From: Mycobacterium leprae TN
GTDB taxonomy: Bacteria > Actinomycetota > Actinomycetes > Mycobacteriales > Mycobacteriaceae
Assembly: GCF_000195855.1 (NCBI RefSeq)
Contig: NC_002677.1
Span: 3,000,001 to 3,032,000 of the forward strand
Direction of reading: 5' to 3'
Length of the DNA: 32,000 bases
Shown: one piece after another, positions 1-10,275 of the stretch
Position numbering within the stretch: position 1 is the first letter of the stretch
Layout: every line of letters begins with the position of its first letter
The notes under the pieces: model-generated
What the model saw: only the letters and a program-made list of their open reading frames with translations
What the model was told of the DNA's origin: nothing
Database searches by the model: none
Program-made: the position numbers and the translations under genes

Positions 1-208
1 CACCGTCACCGGCCTCATCGGCGGTTTCCTGCGCGGGACGTGCACGCCGTGACAAGTCCTCGAAGATCGCCGACCATGCTGTCCGAACACCTGGGCCACC
101 GACAAATCGGCTGATCCGCTCAAAGGCGTCGCGCAGTCCCTCACTACCCTCCTTGATCAGTCGATCGAAATCGTCGGGATCAAATCCGAATGCACTGTAC
201 TCGCCCAC
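1..208 (-). CDS. Partial conserved mycobacterial protein (possibly Rv0313-like), running off the left edge
   Basis: Minus strand is open from GTG (206..208) to the edge: VGEYSAFGFDPDDFDRLIKEGSEGLRDAFERISRFVGGPGVRTAWSAIFEDLSRRARPAQETADEAGDG. AAGGAGG lies about 4-5 nt upstream of the GTG. It sits downstream of the Rv0312-like remnant in the same orientation. Family naming is from memory. Confidence 0.6.
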   Translation of the reverse strand, partial: MGEYSAFGFDPDDFDRLIKEGSEGLRDAFERISRFVGGPGVRTAWSAIFEDLSRRARPAQETADEAGDG

Positions 209-1699
209 CCGACCTCCTTGCTGTTGGTAGCTGGACACTGCCCAGTGTGCGCTTCGCCGAAGCCATCCGCCACGTTTCGTAGCCCAGCACCAGACCTGGG
301 AGCGGGGGCGGTGCGCCGGTGGATAGCTTGAAATCGGGATCCCGAAGAACGGGACGTGCAGCTACATCGTTATGATTGGAGTGGGCTGTTGAGTCTCGAC
401 CAGCGGTGACGGTGGGAACGACACCGCAGCCGGCGGGGTAGTACCCGGGACAGCCGATAGCGAGATCTATGGCACCGACAGCAGGCTAAGCGACGACCGA
501 AGCGCAAGAGTGACGACGCCGGTGCGAGCGCTGGGCCACTGAGCGTGCATTAAACGCTAACGAAATCACCACCAGCGACCACACGATGGCAGCGATCCCA
601 CTATTGCACTACCGGACCAGTATGTTAAAACCCCCTGCCTCTGCACGGTCTGGTCGTCATACAGAGCACTATAGCCAGAATATTCTCGCCCATGTCTGCA
701 TGTGCGCAGACGTCGAGATCTGTCGGATTCAGCACACGGAGGGTTACCTCGCCGGTATACACTCCAGCACAGTGAGCCAGAGTGGCCCGATCACGCCGCG
801 AATAGTGGCATGTTCGTAGAAGCCAGAGCAGCCCCGCAGTCTAGCGTTATCTCCGATTTCCCAGGGACGCTGACCTCGAGCAAAGGCGCTGTCTAGAGTC
901 CAGGCTTGAGTGTGACGGCGTCGGTTCGGATAGCTGATAATTAATTACGCCGTCCGCCTACGAGGTGAGTTCGACGTCAGCAGACTTAGGCGCACACCAG
1001 GCGCTGCCGGCGACATCAACGACAGCCAACGTTGCGTTGTCTGGATTTACAAACCAACATGGCGATGGGCTGGTAACCGATCCCAGCGCCAATACTGCGG
1101 CAACGAATAACGAGAAGACTATGAAGTCGCCGAATCCCCACCGACAACTAGCTGGAACATGTACCGCCCGACGATGATGCCGTCGGTATTCTCGCTTTTG
1201 ATCAGCACCAAGTGGACCGTCGTAGGTGCCATCGATACCCCAAGTAAGATGTTCACTGGTACTCCAAAGTTTCAAAAGGCCGGCAAAACGTTGTTTAGCT
1301 GCTAGCCACGATTTGAGTGGACGGACCGCACCGTGCGGGCTGTCATTGATGAACTGGGAACGTTTATCAAATTTCGGCCAGCAACGACGAGGCATCACAA
1401 CGGCAACTTGTCACCAGCTTGGGTTGGGGTGGGTAACGCGTGTAACCGGGCACCGACCTAACTACCTGATCAATGTATATGGTGGCCGACGGCTTAATCG
1501 TTGGTACGATGGTTACCTTGGTAACCATCGATGGCACTGTTGTCACAAGTACCTGCGGCGGTACCGAATAGCGAAGCCGGCGTCTCATAGTGCCGCTTAG
1601 CGGCAAAGTATAACACTTGGGACCGGACTTGCTGCTAATGAACAGGGCAGCAGTGCCGGCCGAAGTGTTACGTTTAAGCACCGCCAGGGCTTTAGTGCT

Positions 1700-2625
1700 T
1701 TACTGTATGCTCATTAGCGAGTACAATATATTTCCGGTCACAATCATGGCTACCAAGGCGCACAGCACGATGACCAGATTGTCAACGCTTTGGACATGCC
1801 GCCAGGACCGTCCTAGGGCGGCTCGATCACGTTTAGCCGCACCGCAGAGACACGTCGGATCGTCTTCGTACAAAGAATCGCGGCTAAAACGCTCCGATAC
1901 CCCCCCGAATATTCGGCCTGCTACGAGGACAAATCGCGCTTGGTCAAGGCATCCGTATCGACCACCAACACCCCAGCGTCTAAGACGGCCGGTAATTCGA
2001 TAACCTGGGTACTTGCCACCACAGACAGGCCGACGGATGTGCGCGTCCGTATGTCCAGCTCTTCCTCGCGCAAGGCCAGCCCCGTAACATAACGGCAACG
2101 CACCGCAGGCAGCTACGAACGGCAAGCTACGACATGGTCACGACCGGTCTGCGACTGTGCACCGAAAGACGTTCAGTGCGTGATCGACAGCCTCTAAGTC
2201 TGTCCAACTCTTGCAACTGACACACCAGCATGTCGTCGACATGCGTAAATGACGCCGGTCAGCCGGTCCTGGATCAGATGCCCCAGCTCGTCACGAGTCA
2301 GCGTTATACGGGAACGCCGTCCACCAAGTTCAGCAGCCAATTCTGTGACAGTGCCAGTAGATAACAACTCTTTAGCAGCTTGGCATTATCCATCTGGACA
2401 GCATCACCCAAAAAATTCATTGGGGACCACAGAGTCATCGCTCCACAAAGCCACTCACGCGCCAGCCAGAGTCGTTCATACTCAGGATGATACTCGAGAA
2501 CAACGATTTTCGATGAATAGTGCTGATAAAGGGTCAGTACGGCACGGCGACTCGCCGGAAGAAGCCAATTAGACACTGCGCCGCCGGTGGTGCCGATCGA
2601 CAGCCCCAGCGGGTCGTAGAGGGCT
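1700..2625 (-). pseudogene. Decayed Rv0312-like gene (N-terminal part recognisable)
   Basis: Minus-strand translation LYDPLGLSIGTTGGAVSNWLLPASRRAVLTLYQHYSSKI resembles the Rv0312 N-terminus (YDPLGLSIGTT...RRAVLTLYPH). The frame is then lost. Left boundary is approximate. Confidence 0.5.
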
Positions 2626-4108
2626 GGCTTTAACTATAGCCGCAATCAGTATCCTAACCACGCCGTTATCAACCCCTCATTGGTATCTGGTCGATGCGGT
2701 TATGTAACAGAAGTGGTACCGCTATCACCTTGATCAAATGGGGTCGATCCCCTTGCACACTTGAAAAGTCATCACGCGCCGTCGATCCCAAGATCACCGC
2801 GCACTGCGTTCACATCACAGTGAACGGCAGCGAGCAACTCTTCTCGAACTGGAATGTGGACCCACACCTAACCTTGGTGACCATCACCTCTGGTAGTTCA
2901 GTTGTGGCGTGGCAATGTCGTTTTGCGCCAATTCTGCAGTCCAATATCCAATATAAGTGCTCGTCCTCCTGGTCCGAACTTGAATGTGCAGGGACGGCGC
3001 GGTGGCAATCGCCTGCAACGGCTACACGGAATCCGGTTAGCGCATGAATATCTACGCTCCGTCGAAGTGGTTCAGCGACCGGTCAATAGCTAGCCGATTC
3101 GCTATCCTTTTGGCAGCCATGCAGCCAGTCGGGTTCAGCATAGGATACAATTTCAACAACCGTGCCACGCCCTCGATGTCGTCGGGCAGCGCCAACGCGC
3201 GGTGATATGTGCTCAACGGCGAGCCCAGCCAGGCAGCTCAGTTGGCGGGTGCCGACCGAAACTGCGAATTCGGTGTCGGCCCCAGCGTTCGGAAACACAC
3301 ACTGCGAGCACAAACGACAAATACAGCAGGTGCATCTGCAGGCACACTTCGTTGTCCATCCGCATTAGGGCAGAGTGCGAGAACACTCCAAAAGTCGAGG
3401 TTAGACAACAATGGACCCGAGTAATCGGCCAAGACCTCGTCGGAACAGTTAACAGCAGCGAGTTTCCAACTAGCCGAATTGGTTTCGAGGACCAGCTGCA
3501 AGACAATAATACACTCGACCACCTGGCGCACTTCGCCGAGGGTGACAGTCACCGCGATGCATTGCCGTATGTTATGGCGCTGGAGTGGATAGGACGCATC
3601 TGCGCGCGGATTGCTCGACGGCGCGGTGGCATCGACGTTGGAGCCACCGATGTTATGACACATTCCGAAGACTAAACAGGGGCACCTATCGACTCTACAT
3701 AGAGCAGCGCACCGCAGTGGTCGAGGCAGAATTCGACGCGGCCACGGTCGGCAATCCATGAACTGCGGCAAAGCGCCGATGTCGAGCTGCAGACCTTTGA
3801 CGAGGGTCGGCATATCGTCGCCGTCAAAGTTCAGCGCCTGCTAAATGCGCTTAGTATAGACCAGGCTAGCGGACGTCCAATCCTCCACGGTTGTCTGCAA
3901 CATTGCTTCGTGGCCGAACTTCTCAACACACCAGGCCATGACAAAGTGGTCGATCACATGCCCGATCACCAGCAATTCGTGAACCAAGGTCGGCAACTCT
4001 CGTTGCGAGACAACGGTGCGTACCGGTTTCAAGCATGACTCAAAACTAGTCACGCGACGAACCTTCGGCAACACCTGCATTTGCTACAATGACATAATAA
4101 GTGTTCAC

Positions 4109-4483
4109 GATACGGCCGTCGACTTCGAAGCAATCAAGCAGATCAAGTATCGGTACCTACGCGCGCTAGATACCAAGCACTGGGACAACTTTACCCATAC
4201 CTTGACCGGACGACGTTTCTGGCGACTATGGCTCCTACTGCAGCGAGGAACTGCACTTCACCAACCGTACCTACTTGGTGGACTACATGCGCTCAATGAT
4301 CCCTCCGGCACGCATCGAGAATCGTGTGACACACCCGAAAATCACCGTAAACCGGCAATACCGCACAAGCAACGCGGTATTCTTCCAGGGCAGGTTATCG
4401 TTGCCGAGTCCAATTTCATGCTGATCAGTTCAGCCTTTTACCACTACCAGTACCGATACACCGACAGTAGTTTTTTAAAGTGA
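4109..4483 (+). pseudogene. Decayed SnoaL-like / bile-acid dehydratase-like small protein (Rv0310c-like)
   Basis: Plus-strand DFEAIKQIKYRYLRALDTKHWDNFTHTLTG resembles the N-terminal helix of SnoaL/BaiE-like proteins and is followed by degenerate sequence. It lies next to and convergent with the Rv0309-like gene. Confidence 0.45.
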
Positions 4484-4589
4484 AACCTGGCTGCGCATTA
4501 ACGCTACTATCCGCCGGACAACTCCAAGTGCAAACCGTGCCAAGACCCTAAATTCCATCGTAAAGTTCACAATCAAGACCTAACCCCCC

Positions 4590-5246
4590 CTACTTCGTTA
4601 TAGCAATCACCGCACCGGGCCGCAACCAGCGAAGGATCTGCACCAGCGTCACGTCGTCGATCGCTACACAACCCTCCGTCGGACCACCACCAGTGGTATG
4701 CAAGAAGAACGCGGAACCACTTCCGGGAACCTTAGCCTTGTTGACGCCCATGACCACCGCATGCTTGTACGACGGGATTTGCAGGTTCTCGCTTTCTGCC
4801 GTATTGAATCGGCAATGCGATTTCTGACACACCTGCATGGTGTTGAAAGTTGGGCTATGGTCATCGCCGCTCCACCAGTGATTGGGCCCGACTTGAGTGT
4901 AGGGCAACTGGCTACCAGGATTCGGCGCGGTACCAAAAGCGGAGTCAAGACTGTAAACCCCCATCGGGGTGGCCGGATAGCCACTCTTGGCCTGCGCCAC
5001 CAGGCCTGCCGAGCCGACGTAGGTAGGAATGCCGGTCTTGAGCGGTTGCCAGCCCGTGCCGGTGCGCTGGTAGATATCCATTTTCGCGTTCGATCCGCCA
5101 GTACTTACAACCGAAACCACCTGCGTGGCATTGCCTACTTTATTTGCGAACCAGGCAGCTCCGGCCGCCGCACCGATCGGTGCAAGTATTAAGGTGGCCC
5201 AAGCCGCACAGACCACAGCGCTCAGCAGAGCTATCAGTCGGCACAT
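4590..5246 (-). CDS. Exported L,D-transpeptidase (YkuD)-like protein, Rv0309 homologue
   Basis: Intact 218 aa ORF with an N-terminal hydrophobic signal and near end-to-end similarity to remembered Rv0309 (KMDIYQRTGTGWQPLKTG, SGYPATPMGVYSLDSAFGTAPNPG, VGPNHWWSGDD, AVVMGVNKAKVPGSGSAFFLHTTGGGPTEGCVAIDD). Confidence 0.92.
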   Translation of the reverse strand: MCRLIALLSAVVCAAWATLILAPIGAAAGAAWFANKVGNATQVVSVVSTGGSNAKMDIYQRTGTGWQPLKTGIPTYVGSAGLVAQAKSGYPATPMGVYSLDSAFGTAPNPGSQLPYTQVGPNHWWSGDDHSPTFNTMQVCQKSHCRFNTAESENLQIPSYKHAVVMGVNKAKVPGSGSAFFLHTTGGGPTEGCVAIDDVTLVQILRWLRPGAVIAITK

Positions 5247-5686
5247 AGGGTTTCATGATCAGACCCACCCAGACTCAAGGTCAAGTAAAACTTGAGACTC
5301 GGTTAGGTCACCGCGTTGTGATCTAACCACAGCGCAGTTTTACATAGGGCCGTCCCCAACTCGGGTTCGACTAGCTCGGACTGCCCCATCGGCGACGACA
5401 ATGGACCAAAAGCACCTGCGCAACAAGCTTCTCACCTCGGTCGGATCGTTGGCGCTTCTCATCGACGGATGAAATACCCACGGGGCTAGCATGATGCACG
5501 TCCAGCACAACCCTGACCCCTGGCGATCCGTACTGTCAGCACGCTCAGAAGCAGCCACGACAACCGCCACGCACTGCGCTACTCAACAGCAACATCACGA
5601 CGATAAGCAGCGCTAGCAAGCTGGTCGTCACTTTAAGCGCGTGACCGGACGAAAATTAAGGTCGATGGTACGTTCTAACAGCGCCA

Positions 5687-5960
5687 TCATCGGTCGTCAC
5701 CAGGTGGCAAACAGACCAACAACACCAAAGCAACCGCTACGCCCAGCACCCGCAACGTGACCGGAACCAAGTCATAAAGACACATCATCCCAGAACCGCA
5801 CCCACCCCTACTGTTGTGCGCGACGTTCAACAACAGCGAATCAACGCTGTGCAGCCAACTCCAATCCTGCTGGTGGCCCATCCAGATGACCACATAACAC
5901 ATAAACCACGACAGCAGCTAAAGCAACAACAGCCAGCCAGGATTTTACATGTCGGCCACA
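5687..5960 (-). pseudogene. Fragment of membrane protein, possibly the PAP2-family Rv0308-like gene
   Basis: Minus-strand WMGHQQDWSWLHSVDSLLLNVAHNS...VTLRVLGVAVALVLLVC is hydrophobic. It lies immediately upstream of the Rv0309-like gene, as expected from M. tuberculosis gene order. Sequence match is weak. Confidence 0.3.
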
Positions 5961-6891
5961 ACATAATCTATACGAATAAATATAAATAAATACAACAATA
6001 TACCCCTGAAACTCTCACTCGGGGATATATCTGGCCGGATGGCGGCCTATGTTCGTTCACAAGTGACTCGGCATTGGCAAGCTGCCCGACGGTTCCGTCG
6101 ACGCAATCACCGACACGCGGGCGTCACCCAGTGTCGACAGTTACGTGGATTCGGTGGTATTCACCACCGAGCGGATCCTGGCGACACTATGAAGCGGTAT
6201 CGGGGTTGGCCCGGACAGCGACTGGCTGGCGCTGAAACCAGGCACAGACGGGTGCTGCGCAAGCTGAGATCTGGCCCACCAGGCTGCAATTCTCTCGACG
6301 TTGCCGAGGGCGACCCAAAGTTCAGCGGCCAACTGTCCCTACATTACAAGGACGTCATCGGCGACGATATGCAGGCAGGCCTGCCACTTTATATCACTGG
6401 CTTTTGATATCCTGGCTGAATACGTCTTCTGTGCCGGCAGGCGTCATATCATATATAGTCCATGATTCGTGGCCAGGACGGTTGAAGTAGCACCACTAGG
6501 GTTCCTATGACCGCCGCTAACAGAGCTCGGTGGTAATTCCAATCAGCGTGACCCAGCTGGAACCCACAGTAAGCACCCAGAATGCCTGACTCCCGTGGAC
6601 AACGGATACGTCCATTGGGCCACCACGATACAGTCGAAGACCGCTATGTCCTGGTCATCCTGGGTGACCTACTAACTAACCATCGTTTAAACAACTTCAT
6701 GCACGATCGGCGCGCATCCCTGGCACCCGGAATTACAGTGGCCCCATCAGCCATCTCATAGGGATTGCCGTAGACCACATCTGTAGAGTGCGATCGTCAG
6801 AAAGCTGTTCGAGCAGATCAGAAAGTTTCACCGTATACTCTATATTTTTCTACAAGCTTCATCCTAGCTACAATTTTCTACATGGCCGGGT

Positions 6892-7498
6892 GGCCGATCA
6901 CGCATTCAATGCTCAAGAGCTCCGGGCCGTATACTACGTGACCGCCCAACTGCGAGACATGCGCCAGTTTGTGCTGGGCTCCATAGTACCACCTTATGCT
7001 TGTTACAAGCCGCACACGCCGTGACCAGTGTTGGTCTGATGCAGTCGGGAGCGCTTCATCCGGATCACCGATGAGCGGCTGCGCGGACGGATTCACGCAC
7101 TGGTCGACGAAGAACGCACGCTTATCGCACAAGCCTTAGGACCACGGGCCCAGGAGTTTCTGCAGGTTAAGGTTGAGGGCATTCTCGAGTGTGCTGAACT
7201 CTTGGTAGTGGCGTTGTTCGATGATCGCGAAAGACACGTCTTCGGCCGACATACGCTACCGCAGATGGACTTAGCATAGATATCGTGCGCCATACCGAAC
7301 CTGTGGCTGGCAGCTCTTTGCATGGGCTGGGTGTCTTTGTTCGATCCCGACTGGTTGGCAACCCTACTGGCAATGCCAGTCAATGCCGAACCGGTGGCCA
7401 TCCTGTGTCTGGGCCCAGTGCCCAAGTTTCTTGATCAGCTTGTGCTAGAATTAGTATGGCTGAGCATTCGCGCAACCGGTGTCGGAATTCGTATCTGA
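6892..7498 (+). pseudogene. bluB: BluB-like (5,6-dimethylbenzimidazole synthase/nitroreductase fold) pseudogene, Rv0306-like
   Basis: Plus-strand pieces: FNAQELRAVYYVTAQLRDMRQFV; SVGLMQ; RITDERLRGRIHALVDEERTLIAQALGPRAQEFLQVKVEGILECAELLVVALFDDRERHVFGRHTLPQMDLA*ISCAIPNLWLAA; MGWVSLFDPDWLATLLAMPVNAEPVAILCLGPVPKF. Broken by frameshifts and an in-frame TAG (7277..7279). Confidence 0.75.
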
Positions 7499-7904
7499 GA
7501 ACCGATGGGGTCAACCACGGCGGGAGTTATCCACGCCGCAGCATCAGACGGCCGCTACGCTAGTCGGCGACCAATCGATCAAGTCCGTTCCCGACGACCA
7601 AGGCCACCAACTCGTACAGAGTTACGTACGGCGTCACCCCAGTGAATGCAACGTTAAGGTATCGTGCTATTGCCCGGCCCACCACAACTGCTGCGGTGAG
7701 CTACTGGAAAGTCGACGTCAGCGCCAACCCCGGGTTGGGTGGCAACCACGGCAGTAAGTCACAACACATTGGTAACCAACAGCATTCAAGCATAACCTGG
7801 CCCTGCTTGCAGGAGTCCTTCGCACCAGTGCAGTATGAGCGCCGGATAATATGTCGAAAATGACGGGTGGCAGTGCAGCGAGGGGCGACAACGCAACAAA
7901 AGGA

Positions 7905-9000
7905 AAGACAACTTGCTGATCGTTCCCTGGCACGACCTGGGGCGCCAGCTCAGCGTATACGGACACCTTGGAGGTATCCAGCACGCAGATGGATAAGCCT
8001 CGCAGCGAGGGCATTCTGTTCGCCAGGGCTTATACCATCGCGCAGCTGTACTCGCAGTCCTGAGGATCGCTATTCACCGGTCACTACCCGAACACCAATG
8101 GACTGGTCAGCCTAGCCGATGACGGCTAACAATACCTCGCCGGGGCAACACCCTTACTCAGATTTTATCTGAATAAAGTTCTTTTCAGTTCTTCTGCGCC
8201 ATGCAGCATGCATGCTGCATGAAATTGCTGGGCGTCGATGTGGCCTACGTGTCGAACTCCTACTGCGAGTAGGTAATCAACAAGGCCGAGGACTAACTGC
8301 GCAGCACCGTGCCGGGCTTGCCGGACAACTATTTCTGTTGACGACCAGGCTCTTTGAAACCCGCCGGCCCTACCCGCATGACCACTACCAATCTGGCGAC
8401 AGTACGGCCGTCGATCTGAGACTGACTACCGACCTGATACCCCAGAGGGGCGCAAGACCTCGCCAAATTCTACGAATCCACCGCCGACGCCGCTGTCGGC
8501 CAGTATTGGACACATTGACCTAGACCGACCCCGGTGCCCATACTTAGGTGATATTCTTCGCCTATCATGGCCAGGCGTTTTCCCAGGCTAAATCCACGTT
8601 GTATAACGCCAGACCCGGCATCGCACTAGTCATCCGCACAGGGCCCACCACCCAGGAACTGCCCCTGCGGCTAAGACGAACTGTTCAGCAGTGACGACCT
8701 GGTTCCGACACTGTTAGAACTGACAAGTCTGAACATGTCGACCGATATCGAACAGTATGTCGCACACCGGTCTGCTGCGTGCTCCAGACAACCACATTAT
8801 CGAACTCACCTAACACTACCCAATACCTACCACGACTCCTATGATATGATTAAAGCAATCTGCACAAGAGAAATACAGCTAAATCGAAAACTACGCGGAC
8901 CGACCACTGCGAGATCTACAGTGGGATATCCAGACCAGACCGCTGGGACAGACCGTCGCATGGCATCCAGAGCGCTAATCATGGATTAAACGTTCCACAA
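7905..9000 (+). pseudogene. Arylsulfatase-family pseudogene (Rv0296c-like)
   Basis: Pieces in different frames: LLIVPWHDLGRQLSVYGHL, EGILFARAYTIAQLYSQS*GSLFTGHYPNTNGLVSLADDG, GVDVAYVSNSYCE, GQLFLLTTRLFETRRPYPHDHY, and C-terminal ENYADRPLRDLQWDIQTRPLGQTVAWHPER*. Confidence 0.7.
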
Positions 9001-9255
9001 GCGGCGTCCGCATCGCCGAGATCTGGAAGACCAGGAAAACACTTGGCGCGCTTGATTAGCCAAGGAGGCGATCAGGCAAGACCAGCGCCTGACACCCTCA
9101 CCAATGCTGGAACGGTAGGTTAACCGTCGTTCCGACGAGTGGGTCGGCCGCTAATGGCAGGAGACACTTCATACTGAGATGACCCAGCTGAGCGGCGCCT
9201 GCCACCAATCTCGACAACGACGAACACCTGCCGGAACGGCAAGATTGTCGTGCCA

Positions 9256-10275
9256 TCAGGCCGAAACGGCTGGGCTTCGGGTCGCGGTGCACGATGAAAC
9301 CCCTGCCGCAGGAGCGGGCCAGCGGAGCCGGGTCAGCAAGTCGGCGTCCGTATCCGTGTGTCCGTCAAGTCGTTGAGCGGAGAACAAATCCAACACTGCC
9401 AGCGCCGGCCGGTGATTTCCATGTTGCGGGGTCAATCCTGCCAATGGTGCGGCCCCTTGTGGAGCCGTATCGGTGAGAAACGCACACGCAGCTGCAATGG
9501 TGTTGCGGTTACTTGAGGAGTCGGGGCAGGCGATCTCTAGCGCCGTCCAAGTCTCGCGCGCTGGGTATAACCGGACCGCATCCAACGTGCCAGGCAATTC
9601 GTCATCGACATTGACCCGGTAGGCGGTAAGGTAGTCTGAGCCTTGCTGCATCCCGCGCCACGTCTCGTCACCGGCAGCCGTGATCAACCGCGGGATACCA
9701 TCCGGCACGGCCAAGCTGACCTCCCAACCGATTTCACGAAGGTGGTCAGCGAGCCGACGCGCCGCGACCTGGGCAGTCTCCTGCAACGGGATCCGCGATG
9801 AACGCGCCTGCAACGCCGCCAGGTTTTTGGCCGCCGACACTGTCAACCCTATCCAGGTCTCGCACAGTGCACCGTCGGATTCGTTGTTGCGGCTGGTTAT
9901 TCGAATACTGTCGGCACGGATGCCATAGCAGTTTAGGTACCGGGTAATCAACGGCAGCGGAATCACGTCTGAACCGCCGACCGGTGGCCCCAGCCGCAGC
10001 AGCACGGTTGTCCGCGTAGCAGAGCCGGATGCGCTGACTGGCCGACCACGGCGCCACATCATCGCCAGTCGTCGTCGCAAGATGGTGGTCAAGTACAGCC
10101 CCCGCCACCAGCCAAACAACACGACTACGACAAGCGCGACGATGCCAAGCAACCAGTAGCTGCGAGTGAACCACCAAGGGTACGCCATAAGCGCGGGCAT
10201 GACGGCCAGCAGCGCCAGCGTAATCCGGCTGCTGCCCGGCCACATAGCAGCCGGGCGTGATCGGTGCGCACTCAC
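9256..10275 (-). CDS. eccE3: ESX-3 membrane component EccE3
   Basis: 339 aa ORF with a GTG start overlapping the mycP3 TGA (GTGA). Two N-terminal hydrophobic segments; matches EccE3 motifs IPLQETAQVAARRLADHLREIGWEVSL, TWRGM, APLAGLTPQHGNHRPALAVLDLFSAQRLDG. Confidence 0.93.
   Translation of the reverse strand: MSAHRSRPAAMWPGSSRITLALLAVMPALMAYPWWFTRSYWLLGIVALVVVVLFGWWRGLYLTTILRRRLAMMWRRGRPVSASGSATRTTVLLRLGPPVGGSDVIPLPLITRYLNCYGIRADSIRITSRNNESDGALCETWIGLTVSAAKNLAALQARSSRIPLQETAQVAARRLADHLREIGWEVSLAVPDGIPRLITAAGDETWRGMQQGSDYLTAYRVNVDDELPGTLDAVRLYPARETWTALEIACPDSSSNRNTIAAACAFLTDTAPQGAAPLAGLTPQHGNHRPALAVLDLFSAQRLDGHTDTDADLLTRLRWPAPAAGVSSCTATRSPAVSA

Noticed and set aside
5281-5295. Short hairpin TCAAGT-AAA-ACTTGA upstream of the Rv0309-like gene
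   Set aside because: 6-bp arms only and no U-tract; expected by chance in this much sequence.
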